DNA of 10,844 nucleotides from Armatimonadota bacterium (GTDB lineage Bacteria > Vulcanimicrobiota > JACPDS01 > JBDRKI01): contig JBDRKI010000103.1 of the NCBI GenBank assembly GCA_043814095.1, positions 1 through 10,844 of the forward strand, in the 5' to 3' direction. Position numbers and translations under genes: made by a program. Every line of letters begins with the position of its first letter. The stretch's first letter is position 1. A model generated the notes under the pieces. It was not told the DNA's origin. It ran no database searches and saw only the letters and a program-made list of their open reading frames with translations. Shown here in pieces: positions 7,203-10,844 of this stretch.

Positions 7203-8228
7203 TTACGGTTTTTCTTTTGCCGGACGCCTTCTTTCAAGTATTTCGGAAGACGTGCCGCTCTTTTTATGATGCGATACCCATAGAACCCTTACGGCAACAG
7301 ATACGTTCCTGCCGGTTTCGTCTTCAAGGGTTTTCCGCAGTTTATCCATATAATCCGCTCCGGGCTCTTCCGGGGAATATACCGACAGCTCCACATTGAT
7401 GTCTTTTTTGTTCTGCGTCCATTTAATATCCGCAAGCCGCGCCTCCGGATCCAGCGCGGGTACGGCTTCACTGGCAATCCTTGTTATCTTTTCGTTTAAT
7501 ATAGAATGGTTAATCGTCTGGTACATAATAAAGCTCAACGGCACCGCCAGTATAAGGACTATAATAACCGAGACCGCGGCCTTCCAGTAAAACCCCTTTG
7601 ATGGGCTTCCTTTTATCTTTCCGAATCCTTCCAGATAAAATACCACAATGCCGGCAAGATGGATGCCGGCAAGGTTTGACGCTCCCAGTATAAACGCGCC
7701 GTAAGCTATGTCAAACCTGTTTAAGGCCAGCCCGATGCCCGATGCGGCAAGAGGAGGCAGAACCGAAACCGCTATGGCAACTCCAGCTATGCTGGTCAGC
7801 CAGCTTCTCTTAGACATGGCAAAAGCGCCGGCCGCGCCCGCGGCCATCCCTATAATAAGATCATAAAGCGTGGGTTTAATCCTCGCCATAATCTCCGCCG
7901 TTACGGGAACATGGGGCATCAGCTTCACCATGAAAAACGATATTAGGTAAACAACCGCGATCCCCTTGAAGAGCTCCCTTAATGACCTGTATATAAGGGA
8001 CATATCGCTCTTAACAATGCCTATGGAGGCGGACATAACAGGTATTGTTATGGGAGCTATCACCATAGAACCTATAATGACTGCGGCGCTGTTAATAATA
8101 AGACCCAGTGTCGCGATAATCGCCGATAAAGTCGTAAATAAATAATATTCCTTAAGATCAATTTCCAGCATTTGTTTTAAATACAGCGATTTTTCGGTTT
8201 TTCTGAAAAAGTTTTTCAAAAATTTCAT
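7203..8228 (-). CDS. DUF389 / TIGR00341 family membrane protein
   Basis: LSAIIATLGLIINSAAVIIGSMVIAP, EIMARIKPTLYDL, GVAIAVSVLPPL, plus a soluble C-terminal domain. Confidence 0.9.
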   Translation of the reverse strand: MKFLKNFFRKTEKSLYLKQMLEIDLKEYYLFTTLSAIIATLGLIINSAAVIIGSMVIAPITIPVMSASIGIVKSDMSLIYRSLRELFKGIAVVYLISFFMVKLMPHVPVTAEIMARIKPTLYDLIIGMAAGAAGAFAMSKRSWLTSIAGVAIAVSVLPPLAASGIGLALNRFDIAYGAFILGASNLAGIHLAGIVVFYLEGFGKIKGSPSKGFYWKAAVSVIIVLILAVPLSFIMYQTINHSILNEKITRIASEAVPALDPEARLADIKWTQNKKDINVELSVYSPEEPGADYMDKLRKTLEDETGRNVSVAVRVLWVSHHKKSGTSSEILERRRPAKEKP

Positions 8229-8240
8229 TGTAATTTACAA

Positions 8241-8264
8241 TTCTATATATACATTTATTGTCCT
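8241..8264 (-). promoter_or_regulatory. Sigma-H-like promoter P5 (DUF389-GGQ-ALDH operon), overlapping a sigma-A-like promoter
   Basis: acAGG-acaataaatgtatatata-GAAttg, 18-nt spacer. The same DNA also reads TTGACA(8269-8264)-N18-TAGAAT(8245-8240). Confidence 0.7.
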
Positions 8265-8289
8265 GTCAAACAACATTAAACTCCTTCGG

Positions 8290-8313
8290 AGGAAGATTTT
8301 ATTAATTAAAGAA
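8290..8313 (+). promoter_or_regulatory. Sigma-H-like promoter P6 (secreted hypothetical)
   Basis: ggAGG-aagattttattaattaaa-GAAaac, 18-nt spacer. Confidence 0.55.
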
Positions 8314-8334
8314 AACATTTATTGAGGTGACATT

Positions 8335-9075
8335 ATGAAAAAAAAATACCTGTACATTACCGTAACTTTATTAATTGCTTTATTCGCTTTTTCTTCGTTA
8401 AGCGTATTGGCGCAGAATAAACCAAAAGAACTTGAGGCATCGGACACCCCGCATAAAATTACCATACAGGAAATTTCAGACCAGGATATATTAAAAGATT
8501 TTTTCTCCGGATCCGGGTCCGGGCTGGATTTTATCCTGAAAATGCTTTTAGAATCAAAAGCCTCGCATCTGGGAGACAAAATAAATAAGGCAAGAAAATA
8601 TAAAGATGCGGACGGTTTAATAAGCTCCTATAAAACTTTATACTGGCTGGAAAAAACAACCGGCAAAAAAAGCACATCCGTCACATCGGAAGAGCTTTTG
8701 TACGAAATATCCGTCATATCAGAAGAGCAGTCTAACCCGGATATCTTGAGAAAAGTAGCTCGTCTGTGGGGCGATCCTCCTTTTGGGAACATCTCCCAGC
8801 AAACAAAATACCTTAATCTGGCAAAAGAAGCAGAGAAAGCAGACCCGGCAAAAACCTGCTATATTCAGATTTTCAACAAAACTTCAAACTACAATATACT
8901 GCTTTACCTGAATTCAACATATATAGAAAAACTTGCTCCGGGAAGCGCTGTTACAAAAAAAGTTCCCGCGGGGAAGCTAAAACTGCTCGCGCAGGATGAA
9001 CAAGGATATGAATGGGGTCCGAGAAATTTGAATTTAAATAATGGCGAGACATTCCTCTGGAAATTATATGAATAA
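8335..9075 (+). CDS. Secreted hypothetical protein
   Basis: MKKK, hydrophobic stretch and VLA-Q signal peptidase I site. The middle looks helical and the last about 70 aa look beta-rich. SD GAGGTG at 8324-8329. Confidence 0.8.
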   Translation: MKKKYLYITVTLLIALFAFSSLSVLAQNKPKELEASDTPHKITIQEISDQDILKDFFSGSGSGLDFILKMLLESKASHLGDKINKARKYKDADGLISSYKTLYWLEKTTGKKSTSVTSEELLYEISVISEEQSNPDILRKVARLWGDPPFGNISQQTKYLNLAKEAEKADPAKTCYIQIFNKTSNYNILLYLNSTYIEKLAPGSAVTKKVPAGKLKLLAQDEQGYEWGPRNLNLNNGETFLWKLYE

Positions 9076-9079
9076 CATT

Positions 9080-10438
9080 TTATGTGTTGATATATAACTC
9101 AAAATGATCATAAGGCAGTGTAAAATATACCGTTGTGCCGGTGCCGGGCTTTGATTCCATCCAGATATGTCCGCCGTGAAGCTCTACCAGTTTTTTGCAT
9201 ATGGCAAGCCCGATACCCATCCCGGGATACTCCCGGTCTTCATGCAGACGCTGGAAGATGGTAAAAGCAAGCTCTGCATGATCCTGTTGAAATCCTATGC
9301 CGTTGTCCTTAACAGAAAATAACCAGCCGTCATCTTCTTTTTCTGCTTTTACCGTAATTTCGGGAGAATTCTCTCCCTGAAATTTAATTGAATTGCTTAT
9401 AATGTTCTGGAGTATCTGCATAAGATGAAGTTCATTGCCTAAAACCTCTGGCAGATCTTTATATAATACTTTTGCTTTGTGTTCCTGTATCGGGAGGTCC
9501 AGATTTAAAAGCACGGTTTCCATGACATTGTTCATGTTTACTTCTTTAAAAGACTCTTTACCCTTGCCTGTCTTGGAATACGCGAGCAGTCCCTTAATAA
9601 GATTCTGCAGGCGCGAAGCTCCCGTAAGGGCGCGCTCAATATGCGGTTCTACCTCTTTCACCGTTTTATTCGAGCATTCGTCAATCAAAAACTTAAGATA
9701 ACTTATAACCGCCAGAAGAGGCTGCTGGAGATCGTGTGAAACCACATAAGCGAACCGTTCAAGCTCCTCATTGGAATGCTTTAAATCTTTCTCCGCGAGA
9801 CGCCTTATGACTATCTCTTTTTCAAGATTTTCATTTATCTCTTCCAGGCTCGCGTTCATTTTAACAAGCTCTTCCTGGGCTCTTACCAGTTCAAGATTTT
9901 TCTTTACGGCTTCTTCGTACGTGGAAAGAAGAAAATCCAGTATCTGGTGAGGCTTTGAGGCTACAAAATATTTCTGACCGCCGAAAAAAACTTCTACCGT
10001 TTCTTTTGGTTTCTTAATATCTCCTGATGGCAGGTTTCTGAGAATATGGTTAATTCTGGTTAAAAGATACTCTGGCTCATACGGTTTTATGATAAAATTA
10101 TCAGCCCCCGCTTCAAGACCTTTTATAACATCATTAATCCCGGAAAGGGATGTTAAAAGTATAACGGGTATGGATCTTAACTCATCGTTATTCTTAATAT
10201 GACTGCAAAGCTCATATCCGTCCATCTGCGGCATTACAATATCGCTTATAACCAGCTGCGGTTTCTGTTTTTTCAAAAATTCAAGCGCTTCGGCCCCGTT
10301 ATGCGCAACATCCGCTTTAAAACCGTTCTCCACAAGTATGTCTTTTAAAACCTGGGCCTGAGTAAGGCTGTCTTCCACTATCAGAATATTTACTTTATCA
10401 TTTATGCCGTTTTGCCCCATAAAAGCCTCGTTATCCAT
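9080..10438 (-). CDS. Cytoplasmic hybrid response regulator-histidine kinase (REC-coiled coil-HisKA-HATPase)
   Basis: REC (ILIVEDS, ISDIVMPQMDG, LLTS, IIKP), H-box SHDLQQPL, N-box QNIISNSIKF, G1 DNGIG, G2 GMGIGLAICKKLVELHGG. No TM segments. Confidence 0.96.
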   Translation of the reverse strand: MDNEAFMGQNGINDKVNILIVEDSLTQAQVLKDILVENGFKADVAHNGAEALEFLKKQKPQLVISDIVMPQMDGYELCSHIKNNDELRSIPVILLTSLSGINDVIKGLEAGADNFIIKPYEPEYLLTRINHILRNLPSGDIKKPKETVEVFFGGQKYFVASKPHQILDFLLSTYEEAVKKNLELVRAQEELVKMNASLEEINENLEKEIVIRRLAEKDLKHSNEELERFAYVVSHDLQQPLLAVISYLKFLIDECSNKTVKEVEPHIERALTGASRLQNLIKGLLAYSKTGKGKESFKEVNMNNVMETVLLNLDLPIQEHKAKVLYKDLPEVLGNELHLMQILQNIISNSIKFQGENSPEITVKAEKEDDGWLFSVKDNGIGFQQDHAELAFTIFQRLHEDREYPGMGIGLAICKKLVELHGGHIWMESKPGTGTTVYFTLPYDHFELYINT

Positions 10439-10466
10439 ATATTATATCTGCTATCCACGTATAAAG

Positions 10467-10490
10467 TTCTTTTTATATTAAACAATTCCT
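10467..10490 (-). promoter_or_regulatory. Sigma-H-like promoter P7 (hybrid kinase)
   Basis: ggAGG-aattgtttaatataaaaa-GAActt, 18-nt spacer. Confidence 0.65.
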
Positions 10491-10530
10491 CCGCAAAAAT
10501 AATTAAAATCTTATGCTTTTATTCTTTCAA

Positions 10531-10554
10531 AGGAAATTAATGTTTTTTACAGAA
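10531..10554 (+). promoter_or_regulatory. Sigma-H-like promoter P8 (CARDB-like gene)
   Basis: aaAGG-aaattaatgttttttaca-GAAata, 18-nt spacer. Confidence 0.65.
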
Positions 10555-10592
10555 ATACTATATTTATCTTACAATTCGGGGAGGCACATACA

Positions 10593-10844
10593 ATGAAAAA
10601 AAAACAGATCAACCTATTTATTTTATTAACGGTCATTCTTCTCGCAATTACACTCACAGCCGCAACGGCTCAAAGAAAGACAACTAAAAGAACAATACCC
10701 CAAAAACCCGACCTTGCCGTAACAAACCTGCAGGTTAACTGGAATAACGGCACTGTAACCGTATCATGCGCTAATACGGGAGGCGCGCAGGCGAATAACT
10801 TCACTATCGCGGTAAAAGGATATAAAGGGGGAACCCAATTATTC
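10593..10844 (+). CDS. Secreted protein with CARDB-like Ig-fold domain (partial, runs off window)
   Basis: Not in the ORF track. Translates to MKKKQINLFILLTVILLAITLTAATAQRKTTKRTIPQKPDLAVTNLQVNWNNGTVTVSCANTGGAQANNFTIAVKGYKGGTQLF, i.e. a signal peptide plus the PDLxV...VxVxxxNxG..A..FxI CARDB pattern. SD GGGGAGG at 10578-10584. Confidence 0.8.
   Translation, partial: MKKKQINLFILLTVILLAITLTAATAQRKTTKRTIPQKPDLAVTNLQVNWNNGTVTVSCANTGGAQANNFTIAVKGYKGGTQLF

Noticed and set aside
8281-8295. CTCCTTCGGAGGAAG mini-hairpin
   Set aside because: Only a 4-bp stem; better explained as overlapping the P6 AGG box.
9764-9772. CTCCTCATT in the kinase gene matching part of the predicted guide
   Set aside because: Only 9 nt, and it misses the first guide base, so it is compatible with chance. 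The RuvC-III Asp is intact, giving no sign of a nuclease-dead repressor.

Overview
AT-rich bacterial chromosomal window. It opens with the 3' end of an IS200/IS605-family tnpB gene (not in the ORF track), its structured omega-RNA/right end and the flanking guide DNA. Then come 11 complete genes and one partial gene: SnoaL/NTF2 lipoprotein, a tandem-duplicated Amj-type lipid II flippase, COG2426 membrane protein, flavin reductase, TPR lipoprotein, an ORFan, aldehyde dehydrogenase, a stand-alone GGQ release-factor-like protein, DUF389 membrane protein, a secreted hypothetical, a REC-HisKA-HATPase kinase and a partial CARDB-like secreted protein. The strongest non-coding signal is one bipartite motif, AGG-N18-GAA (always AGAA; N19 in one copy). 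It sits in the correct orientation upstream of 8 of the 9 apparent transcription units and matches the sigma-H (Spo0H) promoter consensus, suggesting a sigma-H-like factor drives much ordinary transcription here. All family calls come from motif recognition by eye; no database search was run.
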